A stretch of DNA of 64,000 nt from Guillardia theta CCMP2712 (taxonomy: Eukaryota; Protista; Cryptophyta). Position 1 is the first letter of the stretch, and every line of letters begins with the position of its first letter. A program made the position numbers and the translations under genes. Below, piece after piece: positions 26,560 to 40,030 of the stretch. The DNA lies in the NCBI RefSeq assembly GCF_000315625.1, contig NW_005434662.1:537794-601793 (forward strand), written 5' to 3'. The notes under the pieces are model-generated. The model did not search any database and was not told where the DNA came from. It worked only from the letters and a program-made list of their open reading frames with translations.

Positions 26560-26960
26560 TACGAGATCACACCCGCACTGCAGGCTCGGACTCCCACGGT
26601 TCCGCCGGCCCGGAAGGGCCCCGGGCCCGGTCCTGGTCTGGCCGGCGCCGGCGCCCGCCCCGGTGGAAGCCTGTGACGCAGCCCAGGCTGAGCCTGAGTC
26701 ACGGTGTGACTCAGGCCCCACTGAGCGGGCGGTGGCTTTCTCTCGTCACGTGTGAATACGCCGAAAAACGGTAAACTTTCAAGTTGGCAAACTTACTTAG
26801 TTCGCGGCACTGCCGCAGTCACAGTCGGATACTATGATTTCACTGAGTCAGTACAGGCTGATCGGACAGTTGGGCGGCCCCCGGGCCGGCTAGGCCGAGC
26901 TAGTGCGACTCCCGACGGTAGGCGGCTTAGGGCGAAGGAGGATCTCAGGAGCAACTCGCA
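26560..26960. other. GC-rich palindrome-rich island
   Basis: gcctgagtcac-ggt-gtgactcaggc (26692-26716), caggct-g-agcctg (26684-26696), CCGG runs. Confidence 0.65.
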
Positions 26961-29513
26961 CTGAGCCTCGGTAATTCTCAAAGCTGAGCTCGAGTTCAAG
27001 TGCGATGACGTCATTGACCCCTTGCTTGAGGAAGCTTGCCGGCACATACAGGTCGTGCTGAGGGCCCATCTCCTCCCAGTACATCCCTAGGTTGATGCCG
27101 TTGAGCCAGAGGTACCCCTGAGCGCATCACCGTCAGCTGCGGCGAGGACGGAAGGACGTGGTAACACTGCCACTGGAACACCGGGAGAGTCGGGATGGGA
27201 GAATCTCACCTTGCCGAGCTTACGGGTTGAGATGAAGGTGTCACCAATCTGATCTGGGCGCAATTTGAACTCGCCCATCAGAAACAAGGGAGCTCGCTCG
27301 CGTTCTTTGCCGCCGGCGCCTCCTGGCAGCGAGAGAGACTTCAAGTCAGGTTATCAGGCTGCACGAGGACAAGGTACTTGATCTGAGGGCGGCGCGCAGA
27401 GCTTCCAGCGGGAAAGGGTCCAACACGAGGGGGAGGTTGAGCCAATCGCCTTCGATTTCATCATCGCCGAAGAACACTGGTCCAAACAAGCCCTTGGAAT
27501 CTGCAAAACGATCAAGATGCTTATGAGAGCGTTGGAGTTGCTGGTGCTCCGGTAAGCAGCGGCAAGGCTACCTGTGAGGAACTGTCCGTAGTTGACCCTT
27601 CCGAGGTTCTCTACCAGGATGTCGAGCTGCTTGATGCCTTGGTCAGGCCCCACGAGGAGCGAGGCAACACTCGGGCCCTCCTCGTGCCGCGACATGACGG
27701 CAGCAAACTCGCGATCCATGAAGACCTGAGCTCTGTCCTTGACTCTCCCGACGGTCAGATTCTTCTCTCCGTTCTCCCTGCTGTTCAAGGAGATCCCAGG
27801 GCGGCTGTAGAGGACAAATCCGTAGTCGGCATTGATCAGCTCAAAGGGGAGAGGCCTCTGGGATGAGACTGCAATGCCGGAGACCTTGTCCAGGACATCC
27901 CAAAGGGACGATTTCCACGGCAGCTGCACGGTGCCCAGGTCCACAAGAGGGATTGCAGGCGGCTCAGGAGGAAGAGGCGTTCGAGAAAAGTTCCGCAGCA
28001 GAGACTGGAGCGCTTCAAACTTGTCCAGGTTGTCCGAGCCCACCCCATGCTCCCCACACTCAGATATCGGAGATGAGTAGTCGTAGGATGTGATGATGGA
28101 CGCATACTGATACGGACGTGAGTTGTCTAGAATGTTTGCTCCGCTCCAGAAACCGAAATTTGTCCCTCCGTGCACCATGTACATACTGAAAGAGAACCCT
28201 TGCTCTATCATGGTCCTGAGTGTAGTGACCGCTGCCCTTGTAGAGGTACGGGAGACGTTCGCTTGACCCCAAACGCTGTACCAACCTGGATAGTATTCTG
28301 AGCAGAACAGGGGTGCTAAACCTTTTGGGTTCATCTCCAGCTGAGCAAGCATAGCCTCTGTCACGTTGCCACTGGGGCCGAAGTCGCCAGCGCTGAGGAC
28401 GACACTTCCATTCAACGATCCTCGTCGCATGCTGTTGATGTCCCCGAAGTCTGTCGTGTACAAGATGACCTGGAGCACGTGGTCACTGCTTGCAAGACAA
28501 CTGGAGTGTGGAGCGAAGACCTGCGGTCCAAGAAGGCTTCTGCAGAGGTGGATCAGATGATTGAGATACTTTCGATCAGCTGCGATCTTCGAGACATCTC
28601 CATAGCTTCCGAACTCGTTTTCAATCTGAATCATGATGACTGGACCACCGTGCTGGTATAGAAATCTCCGAAACCTGAAAGATCTTCAGCTGAACCTCGT
28701 CTTCTAGGTTGAGAAGGCACTTCGCCTGGGGAGAAGCATCTTCCACCAAATCTCCACCTCCTGGATGTAATTTGGCTCGTAGGTCCGCAGGACGAGCTCT
28801 TGATTCTTCAAGAGCCAAGAAGGGAATCCTCCGAATTCCCATTCAGCACCTGGGAAACAAAACAGCATCAGCAATGCTCCTCTCTCTCAATAGATGCGTC
28901 CGACATATGAAAGGGCCGGGTCTCAGGAGTACAAGCAAACCCAGCTCGTGGGCCAAGGCCATGAACTCTTCAACCTAGGAGAAAACTTCTCAAAATCTTC
29001 TACTTGATCGCCATACTGTTGGCTGCTATACATTGTGTGACCCCGAGAATCTGTACTGTCGCTTCTTACTCTCGTGAAAATTCCAAGCAACCTAAAGTTC
29101 ACGCACTCATGAAACCTACTCACCAGAGAAATATCATCACATAAGTCTGGATCGCATTAAAGCCCAAGGCCTTGACTCGCTGCATTCGATCGCGCCAGTA
29201 CCTGCACACGGATCGTCATTTCGAATCGTTACATTGCAATGTTCCCCATTACGCTTTTGGGATTCGAAAGTAATGCAGTTCCCCAGCAAATATCTGGAAT
29301 GGCTGACCATCTTTGTAAAACTTGTTATCCTTGATGGAAAAGCTCCTCTTCTGGTCTCCTGCCAGCTCCTAGGATGAAACTCAGATGGCAGATAGTCACT
29401 TTGTAGAAGCTCACTGCATGGATCTCCCTGGACACAAGAGGGAAGCCATCGGCATGAAAATTGAAGATGCAAATCGCCACGAAAAACGTGACCAAGGGGC
29501 GCAATACAGCCAT
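26890..29513 (-). CDS. GLB1: Beta-galactosidase, glycoside hydrolase family 35, with signal peptide
   Basis: GGPVIMIQIENEFGSY, FCSEYYPGW, SMYMVHGGTNFGFWSGAN, TSYDYSSPISECG, LDILVENLGRVNYG, MGPQHDLYVPASFLKQGVN. Confidence 0.92.
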
Positions 29514-30649
29514 TCGTGGAGAAACCCACCAAGGAGTTCCAATGACTCCCCGTTCTGACCTTCAGTCCTGACCTTCAGTCTGTACAAAGTAGACTATAAA
29601 TAGCAGTGTGTAAAACCAAACATGAAATATACACCACAGTTGTTGACATTTCAACTATTGAGGATCAATACAACTATATAATGCTTTCTTCCCCGACTTC
29701 CATCAGGCTATGCTAGATGGCATCGAACACTAAAGACCGCAAATTCAGCAATAGAAAGCATATCAGCACGGACCCTAACTAGCTATACGTCTAGCCACAC
29801 GTGTAAATCGCCTCCTGCGACATAACTGAACAGCACATTGCAGTAATTTGAAAGGCAATGCCCTTTGAAAGGCAGATCGAAACGCAACCCTTACTTCTTC
29901 AATGGTACATAGAGCGATATTGTTGTCCCTCTACTCTCTATCGATCCCCTCTTTCACGTGCACACCATACAAGAATGATATCACTTCTCAGGCACCATTG
30001 TCAGCTAGAAAGGCATCGCTGTATCCGCGCCATCCCTGTTCCAACCTGGTTCCGTCGCTCGGACATTTTTGTTGTGCCGCTCCGACAAAAGTCTCATCAG
30101 GAAGAACTACTCTGAGGCGCACCTGATTTCCATTATTCCAATTTCACATTTGGTCCTGTGACTCTGAAATCTACTGCATTCGTACCCTGATTTTGCTTTA
30201 AGTACCCTACATTTGTATTGATTAAGTACCGGTATGAGGTCTCAAAAAGGAAACTATGGTAAGGTGGTGCCAAATTTACCGAGAAATTCAGACCTTACCT
30301 CAACTCGTTCCGGCGACAGCTGTCCAGGCAATGCAGGCGCCGCAGCTACCGACCTCGTAAGTCATCCATGGGCTCTGCCAGCAGTTTCTCTGCTTCTCAT
30401 GTCCTCAATCCTCATCCTACTCATCTCCCATTATCTTTATAGTGCCCCAGCTTGTCTTTCTTCTCCAATGACGGCATATTCCACTTTCAGCATTCCACCC
30501 TCCCATTCCAGCGCTTCTTTGCCTAAGAATGCTGCCAAATTCTTCCACTTCATTGTACATGGATATCCTCTTCATGTCCCTTGAATGTTCTCTGTAATGA
30601 AGATGTCTTTGAGTTACTGTCACTTACTATATCCTCTATTTCTGCCTGT

Positions 30650-31769
30650 ATGAATTGTCCGGATTTCAAATCTGATTTTCACTGCCCACCAACTCCAGCA
30701 GTTTTCTGCTCTTTTCTTTGTTCAATGGTGTCTCTTGTTTTCATTCAATAGAGTTTTGTCCATTCGTCTACAATCCCCGCATCGCTAAAATCCTCATTAG
30801 CCAGGTGGAACAACCGAAGGAAAGTCGCTTTTCGCCATACCAAAACAACGGAGGGTAAGAGATTGGTTTTCGGGGTGGGAATTTGAATTGACCCTGGTCT
30901 AGCACTTGCTTGGCACTTGCTGGTGCGGACTTCTGTATCATAGCAGCAGATTCGAGGTTGAGTCTTGGCTACTCTATCCTTTCTCGGAATACTCCCAAAG
31001 TTGCTCAGCTGACAACAAAGTACGTTGTTTCCCCGAATGTCGAATCAGTGTCTGATCCGATTTCATCTGCCAGAACATGCATCGCATCAAGTGGTTGCAA
31101 CGCGGACATGGTTACACTTCAGAAATATCTCAAGTTTAAGATTCAGATGTATCTTCATCAACATGGAAAGGTTATCTTCAAATAGCTCTTGACAATGTAT
31201 ATGGCGCGTTGACAGCGGTTTTACACAGGAGATGTCAACTCCAGCCGTTGCACAAATGCTTGCCACAACCTTGTATCATCGTCGATTCTTCCCGTGAGCT
31301 GATGAGAGTTTCATGCAGCTTGTAATGATGTTGCAGCTACTATACTTTCAATATCGTCGGAGGGCTGGACCAGAATGGAGAGGGCTGTGTGTTTAGCTAC
31401 GATGCGATCGGTTGTTTCGAACGCTTGAAGTACACGGTAGACTTTGTCATCCATGCTAGGCGTTATGGGAATGACAGAAATTTGCAAGGTTTCGGGAAGT
31501 GGTCATGCATTGATTGAACCGTTCTTGGACAACTTGGTCGCCTACAAGAACACAGATAACAAACCAACTATTGAGAGGTAATTTTTTTTGTTGAAACTTT
31601 ATTGTTCTAAAGCTCATGAATTAGGTCCTGTGATGAAACTTTAGAGCTTGTGAAGGACATTTTCTCCTCGGCGGGAGAACGTGACATTTACACGGGGGAT
31701 TTTGTTGACATTTACATCATTGACAAGAATGGCACTAGATACGAGCAGTTTCCTCTCAAGAAGGATTAG
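30650..31769 (+). CDS. PSMB1: 20S proteasome subunit beta type-1 (beta6); start approximate
   Basis: RFSPYQNNGG|TCLALAGADFCIIAADSRLSLGYSILSR, LYHRRFFP|YYTFNIVGGLD, AGERDIYTGD, FPLKKD*. Confidence 0.93.
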
Positions 31770-32353
31770 ATTGATTTCTTGCTTGATTTAGCTGTGATTG
31801 AGATCTGGTTGGATTTAAAAGCAGAGAGGAATGTAGGCTTGTGATAGACATGAATATTAAAATTTGGAAGAACATTGTTGAACCATGAAGTTTGCTTATC
31901 ATCAATTTCATTTGGAATGTCCTACTCAGGCTAGCATAACTTTCCTTATGACAGTATGCTTACTTATCAGAGACGGCAAAGTTGGGCTGAACGGAGTACT
32001 GTCCGAATGCTCCACGGTAATCGCCGACGGAACCCTGCGGTCAGGACAGTGAGATGCAAGACAGGAAGGATGAAGACATCACGTTGTCGCTGGCAGAACC
32101 ATCACCAAGATCGACTACTCCTCCAAAGGCGATCTCAGACTTCTTGGGGGCAGGAGCAGCGAGGGCAGAGAATTCACGGATGTCAGAAAACATTTTCAGA
32201 AGCCTAGCAAAGTCATGATCAGTTTCTTACACAACGGGAGAAATGCGGAAAGAGCTTTGTTGAACATTTATAAGATTTGTGTGCAAAGCTGGAAATGGAA
32301 GAAGCTGCAACTTCTCCATCCGATGAAAATAGCGGCGTCTCAGTTTGTCACTG

Positions 32354-32532
32354 ATACAACTGATTGAACAGGACTGTGCTCGGGTGAATGGTCAAAAAAT
32401 ACAAGTGATTGAACAGGACTGTGAACGGGTGAATGGTCAAAAAATACAAGTGATTGAACAGGACTGTGAACGGGTGAATGGTCAAAAAATACAAGTGATT
32501 GAACAGGACTGTGAACGGGTGAATGGTCAAAA
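32354..32532. repeat. 45-bp minisatellite, 4 copies
   Basis: Unit atacaagtgattgaacaggactgtgaacgggtgaatggtcaaaaa starts at 32354, 32399, 32444 and 32489. Confidence 0.95.
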
Positions 32533-32849
32533 CCATGAGCTCCCCCAATCGAAACCACTCATAGCTCATCTGCGTACAACGGTATCTCCTTCATGGATTG
32601 CTGAGGTTTCGAATTCTCTCATCTTCACCGATCAGACTCCCTATTCCTGTCTCCTACCAACACATCGTGTTTCGCAGGGGTTATTGGAAGTACCCTCATG
32701 CTGCTTCTCTCTACAGCTCATCCCCCTCTGCTCTCGTCTCGACCGCGCTCCATGCGCAGAAATAGAACCGTCAAGGTCAATGGTAAAGTTTGAAACTTTC
32801 CTCCAAAACTTGACTACGCCAAATATCAAACTTGAAAATTTCTCAAGTT

Positions 32850-33220
32850 CAACCCGGGACCCCCCGGGCGGTGAATCATCATGGCACGCAGGTTCAGTGC
32901 GGCATGCGGCGCCAGCCTCGGAGTGTCAGGACCGACCGTCCGACGGCGGGGGCGGCCCGCGAGTCTGCCCCGGTTGGCCGCGCCGGCGGCGGCAGCTTCA
33001 GCATTGCCAGTGAGGGCCGCTGCCAGGAGTGGCCCGTAGACGCCAATTTAATGGCTTCGTGGACTTGCTTTAGCCATATGTATGAGTCATTCGCTGGCTA
33101 ATACCCTGGCCGATTCTGAGTTATCAGCCCCCCGCACTGTCACTAAGATCCCAGCCTAAGTGAGCTATGATCAGTGCCCGGGCTGAGCTGCTAATATTTA
33201 TACTAGACTGAGTCTCCATT
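32850..33220. other. GC-rich palindrome-rich intergenic island
   Basis: CCGG-rich, ccgtc-c-gacgg (32936-32946), GAGTC words. Confidence 0.55.
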
Positions 33221-33265
33221 GACGACAAACGTCATCCCCTTTGTTTCTGCCCAACACCCGTAAGG

Positions 33266-36200
33266 TCAGCAGGAAAGAGACAGGCCGACAGACGGTAATC
33301 TCACCGAGGTAGTGCCTGGCGTGTTGGAGGAAGGGAGCCATGTCGTGGTTGGAGATGGGCAGGAGGCCGATACCGACAGCACGGATGATCTCTCTCCTGA
33401 CCTCGTTGAGCAGAGGCCCGGGCAGTATCCCGTACTGGAAGCAAATCTGCCGCCCACACTGTCAACCCCCAGGAGTTCAACAGTCGACCGCCGGCTGACC
33501 TCGTTCATGGTGCCTTTGGGGTAAACGGCACCGGAGGCCTTGACCTTCTGCTTCAGGACGTTCTGGATCAGAGACGCTCTGTCCTGTCTGCTCTTCGCGG
33601 TCGGGGATGCAGCTTCCCTGTCTCCTCTCCACCGATGCGCGTCGTTGACTTGGGATGAGCTGCCGCAGGAGTGAAGAGAAGAACCGGGGAGGAGGACTGA
33701 AGAGGAGGAGGAGGAGGAGCTGAAGAGGAGGACTGAGAAGGAGGGCTGAGGAGGAGGACTCGTGGGGAGGACTCAGCAAGAGAGCTGAGCTGGAGAACAA
33801 CATTGGTACGAGATGACAGGGCACCTTAGCTGGACTTGAGAGTGAATGTAGTTTAACAACCGGCTCATGTTGTTGACTCCTGCATGCAATAGGACGGCGT
33901 CGGAGAACCTTCCGAGACTCCCTGGCGGAACATGAAGTGACTCTCCTCTCCTCCTCGTCTGCTGGGGATCTCACCATAGAAAACCTTGAACTCAGCATCT
34001 CCCCTGCCGCCCTCTCTGAACATGGCTGCCACGTGCGGATACACCACTCGCTGCTTGTATTCCAGAGACTTTTCCGCTACATCCTCAGGCACCTCCGCCT
34101 TGAATCGTTCCCTGCGTTGCTGGTGTCAGAGGAGGAGGAGGAGGAGAGCTCGAGTCGACTTTCTCTCATCCCACAGGGACATGTTGGTTAGGATAAGCCC
34201 CGAGCCTGGGGCAAGAGGACAAGGCAGGCGATAATCTCCCTGCAACGCCTTGGGCTGAAGTTAAACAGGATAGCAGCAGGGACAAAGAGAGGAGGGAGAG
34301 GAGGAGGATGAGGAGGATGAGGATGAGGAGACTGGAAAGAAAGATAAGTTAGGCTGCCAAGTCAGACCATATCGAGATAGAGCTCTGGGATAGAGCCGTG
34401 AAGAACTGCGAGGCAGGTTCCGATCTGATCACATACAAGTCAGGAAGCATCCAGCAGCTGCAAGCATCATCTCGCTACCATCTTGCGGATCTGATGCAGC
34501 ATGAAGCTGTTTGCGCAGATCTCAATCTTCACGAAAGAGGCTGAGGCGTTTCCCTGATACAAAGGTATCGCTGTCAGGGGCAAGAAGAGAAGGGAATGAC
34601 GAGGAAATCATCACGTCGTCAAAGTGTAAAGTGATTGGCTCGGCGTGACAACGATAAACGACTCGTTTCGAGTCGACAATGGATCTGTTAACACAACTCA
34701 AATTCAGTCAAGGGCAGGAATATGTCGGGTACCTCTTAGGAAACTTTTTCGCACGCCAAAAGTCCAGATTTTCGTCACTGGTGTTCGATTGGGAAGGAAC
34801 CTGATCAGGAGTAGGTGCAGCAGGAGCTGCACACTTGAATCAACTTCGACGGGTGCAGCAAAGTTACAAGCCTGCTTCATCGTTGATATCCATGGCACCC
34901 TCCTTCGTCGAGGCGTTCTCTGCCATCGAAATGTTTGCACCAGGTTCGTCGACTTCCATCGCCCCTTCAGATTCCATCTTGACATCTTGGTCTGCGTTGA
35001 GATTGACATCTGTCGTTGGAAACATTCTCATCCTTGAATGATTCTTCTGCATCAGCATGTGTCAGGATTCTCCTGCTAGTTGAATCGATGCACCGTTTGG
35101 AACAGAGAATCGGACACGCTGTCCCTTCCACAGAAGTTGATGAAGAATTTGTTGCCGGAGAATTTCTTCAACAAGCTGTTGAGTTTGTCCACCTTCTGAT
35201 CGATGTCAGCAGTCTGAACATTCAACATTTCCGAGCAAACAAAAGTTATTCCTCCAAGGCTTGCAGCGTGGCTCGACCAAGGGAAAGCAGCAAGTGAGGA
35301 GGGCGAGGATGCGATGATGGGTGATCAAGGTGCAGTACAAGTGGCGATGGGGCCCAAGAAGCAGCGGGGAAGGATACCTCCGCCCCGAGAAGACAGGAAG
35401 GCAGAAGATACTCGTAGGTTCGCAGGGAGCAGATGTTGCGAGCTATTCAGCTTGTCAGTCTTCCCCTACCTCCTCTCCATCCCTCACCTCTACAGCGTTT
35501 TGGAGCTCGAAGAACAGCAAGGATCCTTACCGCTCCTCCTCTTTTTTCGCTGATTTCATTCAGCGCCTTCACCTCCTGAAGCCGGGGGAGTGAGATAGTA
35601 CTGAGAGCCTGTCATTGCTTTCACCTCCACGTGAACTCCGTCGGCCTCATCATGGCCAGTTGAGCGATTCAGCTGCAGCTTCATCGAGATGACATTCAAC
35701 GCTTTAAATCTGTCATGTTGGCGAAGAGGAGAGAGGAGGGAGGGAGGGATGGATGGATGGAGGGAGGGAGGGAGGGAGGGAGGGATGGAGGGAGGGAGGA
35801 GACAACCTGCGTGCACGCCCTTATCTGTGCGACTTGCCCGGCTCAGGCACCTAGTCTAGAGTAAGGGGACGAGGAGGGAGGGAGAGCAACGAGTTACAGT
35901 TGTTTTGGGTTCTCCGGGTTCAACACGGCGATCAATCCAGCCTGGTGACACACCTGTAGGCCCAAGATGAGAGGAGAGGCTACGGGAGACTCGTCCAGCA
36001 CCTCCATGAGCTCTTGCTCCACTGTTGGATGCGCAAAGCCGCGGGTCCCATCCGTCTCCCCTGTGTCCTCACTGACATCATCAGGCATCTCGCCGGAGGG
36101 TTGGTCTCTTCTCTTCACTGTCGATCGTGGCTTGAGCTGGATCTGAGATCCGCAGAACTTGGTCCCGAGGTAACCCACCAGAATCAAGCTGTTGAGCCTT

Positions 36201-37097
36201 TTCAACTTGTGTGACCGGTAGCTCGTCCCCCCCTGCCCTGCGGCCTTTGGAACTTCATCCCGCAGCGTCTCAGCCTGCCCTTGTGCATCCATCGTCTCAA
36301 CTCCATTCCCGTGCGTGGAAGTTTGACCTGAAGATCATCGAGTCACCGGATCCCTTCCTCTTCGCGGCATTCCAACCGCAGGTGAAGAAGCTTCTTATGC
36401 CACTGAGAGACTGGAGCAAAGAAGAAAAGATGGAGCTCGGTTTCTCTTGAACATCCTTCCTCACAACCGGAGCATGTGGCCGTCTTGATCGCGTTCCTCC
36501 TCGCAGACGCATCTGGCAGGCATGAGTCAGTCCTGACACCACCTTCACCATCCCCTCGTGGGCGCTCGAACCGAAGCTGCATCCGTCCTCGCTGCGGTCT
36601 CGTTGCTTTCCTCCTTCCCCAACGTCTGGTTCTCCTGCCCTCGGACATGCTTGTGCTCTTCAGCAGCCCCTTGCAACGTGTCAGGGCAACGTTGCTGCGA
36701 AAAGAAAATCACCAGAGGTCGCGTTGTCATGCTTTAAACTCTTGTGCAGCTCAGAGTCGACAGAGGATATCACACCATGAGCACAGAACCGCTCAAAGTC
36801 CTTCTGTATGCTCTTATCCTTGAAAAAGATTTGGCTGCTGTCAAAACTCTCGTCCTCCCCAGATTCTTCGTCCTCACACGTCATGTATGAGCTAGATCCT
36901 CCACGAAGTCGGAGATTGGAGTGGTGTACATGAGTAGAGCGGAGGTAGATGGAACATCCGGCTTGCGTAATGAGCTTTCCTTGGGTCGCTGTCTGAGGAA
37001 TTGAGGAGAGAAAGACAAGCAGCCATGCCAGATATGCGCCAACATGCTGACGTGAACGTGCCTTGCGCCCCTCCGTTCCTTTCCCGCTCACTCGCAT
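33266..37097 (-). CDS. tRNA pseudouridine synthase TruA/PUS1 family with signal-peptide-like leader; multi-exon, 3' end approximate
   Basis: ILVGYLGTKFCGSQIQ, PTVEQELMEV, LSRASRTDKGVHA (catalytic Asp), NVISMKL, GKRLSLFREDEICANSFMLHQIRKMV-type region. Confidence 0.8.
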
Positions 37098-37169
37098 GCT
37101 TGAATATCACCCCTTGGTGTTCACTCCCGACCTATACCGTCCACTCGTCTTGTCCCCATACCATCTCTC

Positions 37170-37233
37170 CTTCTTCCTCTTCCTCTTCCTCTTCCTCTTC
37201 CTCTTCCTCTTCCTCTTCCTCTTCCTCTTCCTC
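37170..37233. repeat. (CTCTTC)n hexanucleotide microsatellite
   Basis: About 10 units, seen directly. Confidence 0.9.
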
Positions 37234-37328
37234 TGCCTCGTGCGCTAGATGAGCATCGCCTGCCAAGGGTCTTATTGAGTGTCCTACGTTTTTCCCACCG
37301 TGTGGGGTAAACACACAAAGACGCTTTC

Positions 37329-38179
37329 ATGGCTGGCTTATTGTGGGTGGGAATGCGTTGGGCGATGGCGGAAGGAGGAGGAGGAGGGGTGGGTCTGGTG
37401 TTGAGGAGAAGATCAGAACAATATCAGGACGAGATCCAGGAGCTCAGGGGACAACTCAAGGTCATGGAGGAAGCAGAGTGCTCCGAGGAGGAGTTGATAG
37501 AGACTGGTCCGGAGCAGCGTAGCACGGACCCCGAACGAGACAGGGAGCTGCTCGAGGGGTGTGGGTTGCACGACAGGTCTTTGCAGGATGAGCATATCTC
37601 GGGGCTGTCAGCGATGGGAGCGACTGGCAGCCGGAGGCTGCAGGTAGTGAGGTGTAGGTATTGCATGAAGGCGGGGGACGTCAATGTGATGAAGAGGTGC
37701 GGGAAGCACCACAAGGAAGGCTGTCTAAGGTACGTCACTTGCCCGCAAGACCTGGTCAACAAGGTTGCAAGGCTCAAAGGAGAACTGTCTGCCGCCATCT
37801 CTCGAGCAGAGGCCTCCGCCAGGGATGACTGTGTCGTGGTTGCGAGGAGGCATGCAGAAGGGCCCGCATGCAGATGCGGAGAGATTGACAACGGGGATGT
37901 GCTTGTCGCTGTGGACAACCATGTCATAGGTGAAGAGCGAGCCTCCGGCTCTTGGCATCCCGTTCCCTGACTTGCTCATCAGGGACTGACGTGCATAAGG
38001 CCTCCAGGCTGATCCTCGGCTCCACGGGCACCGTGTGCAGGCTCAAGATAAGGAAGGAGAGCGGCGTGCAGAAAGAAGTTCACCTGACTCGGGTTGTCAT
38101 CTGGGGTCATTCAGCTCCGGCGGGCTTGTTCGCTCCGGAGAAGAACTACATCGCGATCCCATCTGGCGTCTTGTGCTGA
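37329..38179 (+). CDS. PDZ-domain protein, one intron at about 37930-37982
   Basis: GGVGLVL ... VVVARRHAEGPACRCGEIDNGDVLVAVDNHVI|GTDVHKASRLILGSTGTVCRLKIRK. Confidence 0.7.
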
Positions 38180-38283
38180 CCAGGACCGTCCCTAGGCGCG
38201 CAGCTGCCAGGTTGTGTCTGTACTTTAGACATACAACCTGTCTTTAATTTGAATCTCTTGGGACTATTCCCGTTGAACTACTT

Positions 38284-39741
38284 CTATGGTGTAGAACACC
38301 ATGAGTTGAGTTGTGACATTACCAGCTCATGCTCGCACTCCTGCTCCGCGGTTGTCCCAATTGCGGCTGATAACCATGTCTGCACCAAGAAACATGAGAC
38401 TAACGAAGACGCACTTGCAGTTGTTAACCTTGGCAGCGCAGGTTGGAACCGACTACCCCTCCTCAAGTCCTTTGGTAACGACGATGCTTCTGGAGTCACG
38501 TTACCCTGTGAGGAAGCGCGAGTTGATGGAGTTACGTTTCAACCCGCGCCTGGAGACTTGACCTGCTCAGTTGAGTCGTAAGATCTTCTGCTAGTATTCT
38601 CAAAACAATCGCACATCTTGTGCAGTCCGTGATGGGTCGTGCGACTGACGAGGGTTCCATTCCTTCCTTCACTTCCCACCTGCCAGTTCCACGGTGTCAT
38701 CCCACCCGCAAGCAACGGCTGTGCTGGCATTACCGACTCTCTCCGCTTTCAGGATTGTACAGATAAAAACGCCCTGTTGTTTGAGACTGAAGTTGTAATG
38801 TGTCACTCATCGAGGCAGATCGTGCAAGTATCACCTGCACAAGGTTCCAGCCCTTGGGGGCACGTGGGAGCAGACCGCTTCCAAACGCGCAACTGCCCAT
38901 CAGTACAAGTCAAGGAGGTTGAACGAGGGTGCAAGGGTCCTTGCTTTTCGAGGACGGTACTCTCTCTTTGATTGTTCAGTTGGTCTCTGAGCTGATGGAG
39001 ACGCGAAGTTCAGAGAATGGTCTGAAACAGACTACACGCTTACAAAACAAGATGCAAAGACGTGGGAGGTTTGGTCGGTCCATGCCTGTTTGACAGGTAG
39101 TCAGATGAGCAGGTCTTGGTGGTGTTTAAAGATATCACCTGATGTACTGAGCCCTTACCCTTCCTCACAACATACGAGTAGTCGCCTCTCTTGTCCTGGG
39201 ACTCCTTCAATGAATGTTGCACACTACAACACTAGCTGGTACAGCGTGTACTGACAGCCCAGTTTCGAAGCCCTCCAAGGACCTACAGCATGAAACACGT
39301 CGGTGAAACAAGTCCGGCATTGGTTTGAAGTTGAGGTACTGACGGCGCCAGACTGCTGTATGGGACCCGAATGATGCGCTTGCCATGTCTTGATTGCCGT
39401 AGAAACATCTCTGGACCACTGAGCCCACTGTAGTCCGATTTTCTGTGCCCGATAAGTAACACCCTGCAAGGATGATATGAGATCTTCTTACCTGAATAAG
39501 ATATTGCCTTTCGAACCCATCTTAGTATCGTTTCTTGTGATCAATCGTGTGTGCCTTTCACCAAATAGTCCCCTGATTTTTGTTCCAGGTCACTGGGAAA
39601 ACATCGAATATCAATGCAGACATCAATTCAAGCACAGAAAGAGCATCTCTTGCAGCATCTTCAATGATCATTGATCATGAGTCTCATGTCCTCCTTCCTC
39701 TCCTTCGTCTCTTCGCTCCATCTTCCATACCTTGTGACATG
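38284..39741 (-). CDS. WW-domain-containing protein, multi-exon, ends approximate
   Basis: Splicing two short introns at about 38670-38835 gives LLPRAPKGWNLVQ|SQTTGRFYLYNPESGESR|WEVKEG, a WW domain. Confidence 0.6.
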
Positions 39742-40030
39742 TCGCCGTCATCCTTGTCCCCTTCTTTTGCATGTCTCCAAATCACTGTGCCTCCACCCCC
39801 CTCCAAAGTCCCCATGATATATCAAGTACCCCTTCATTTCCCCAGAAATACCCACCCTCCTCCACGTCCACCATCCCCACCCTGGTCAACTTTACAGAAA
39901 ACCCAACTTCTTGCAAGAAAAACAGTTCCTGATGTGTACCGGACCCCCTACCCCCCATGTATCCTATTATGACCCCCAGTTCCCCAAGACCCTTCAACCA
40001 AGCTGCGGCCCCTGACCAGACTCCTCGACT

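Noticed and set aside
29555-29580. 13-bp tandem duplication ctgaccttcagtc upstream of GLB1
   Set aside because: A single small duplication with no evidence of function.
32354-32532. Possible CRISPR array
   Set aside because: Head-to-tail identical units with no unique spacers.
38250-39720. Decayed KDZ/CxC transposase, suggested by short Cys/His-rich ORF fragments
   Set aside because: Splicing yields a clean WW domain, so an ordinary intron-rich gene explains the fragments better.
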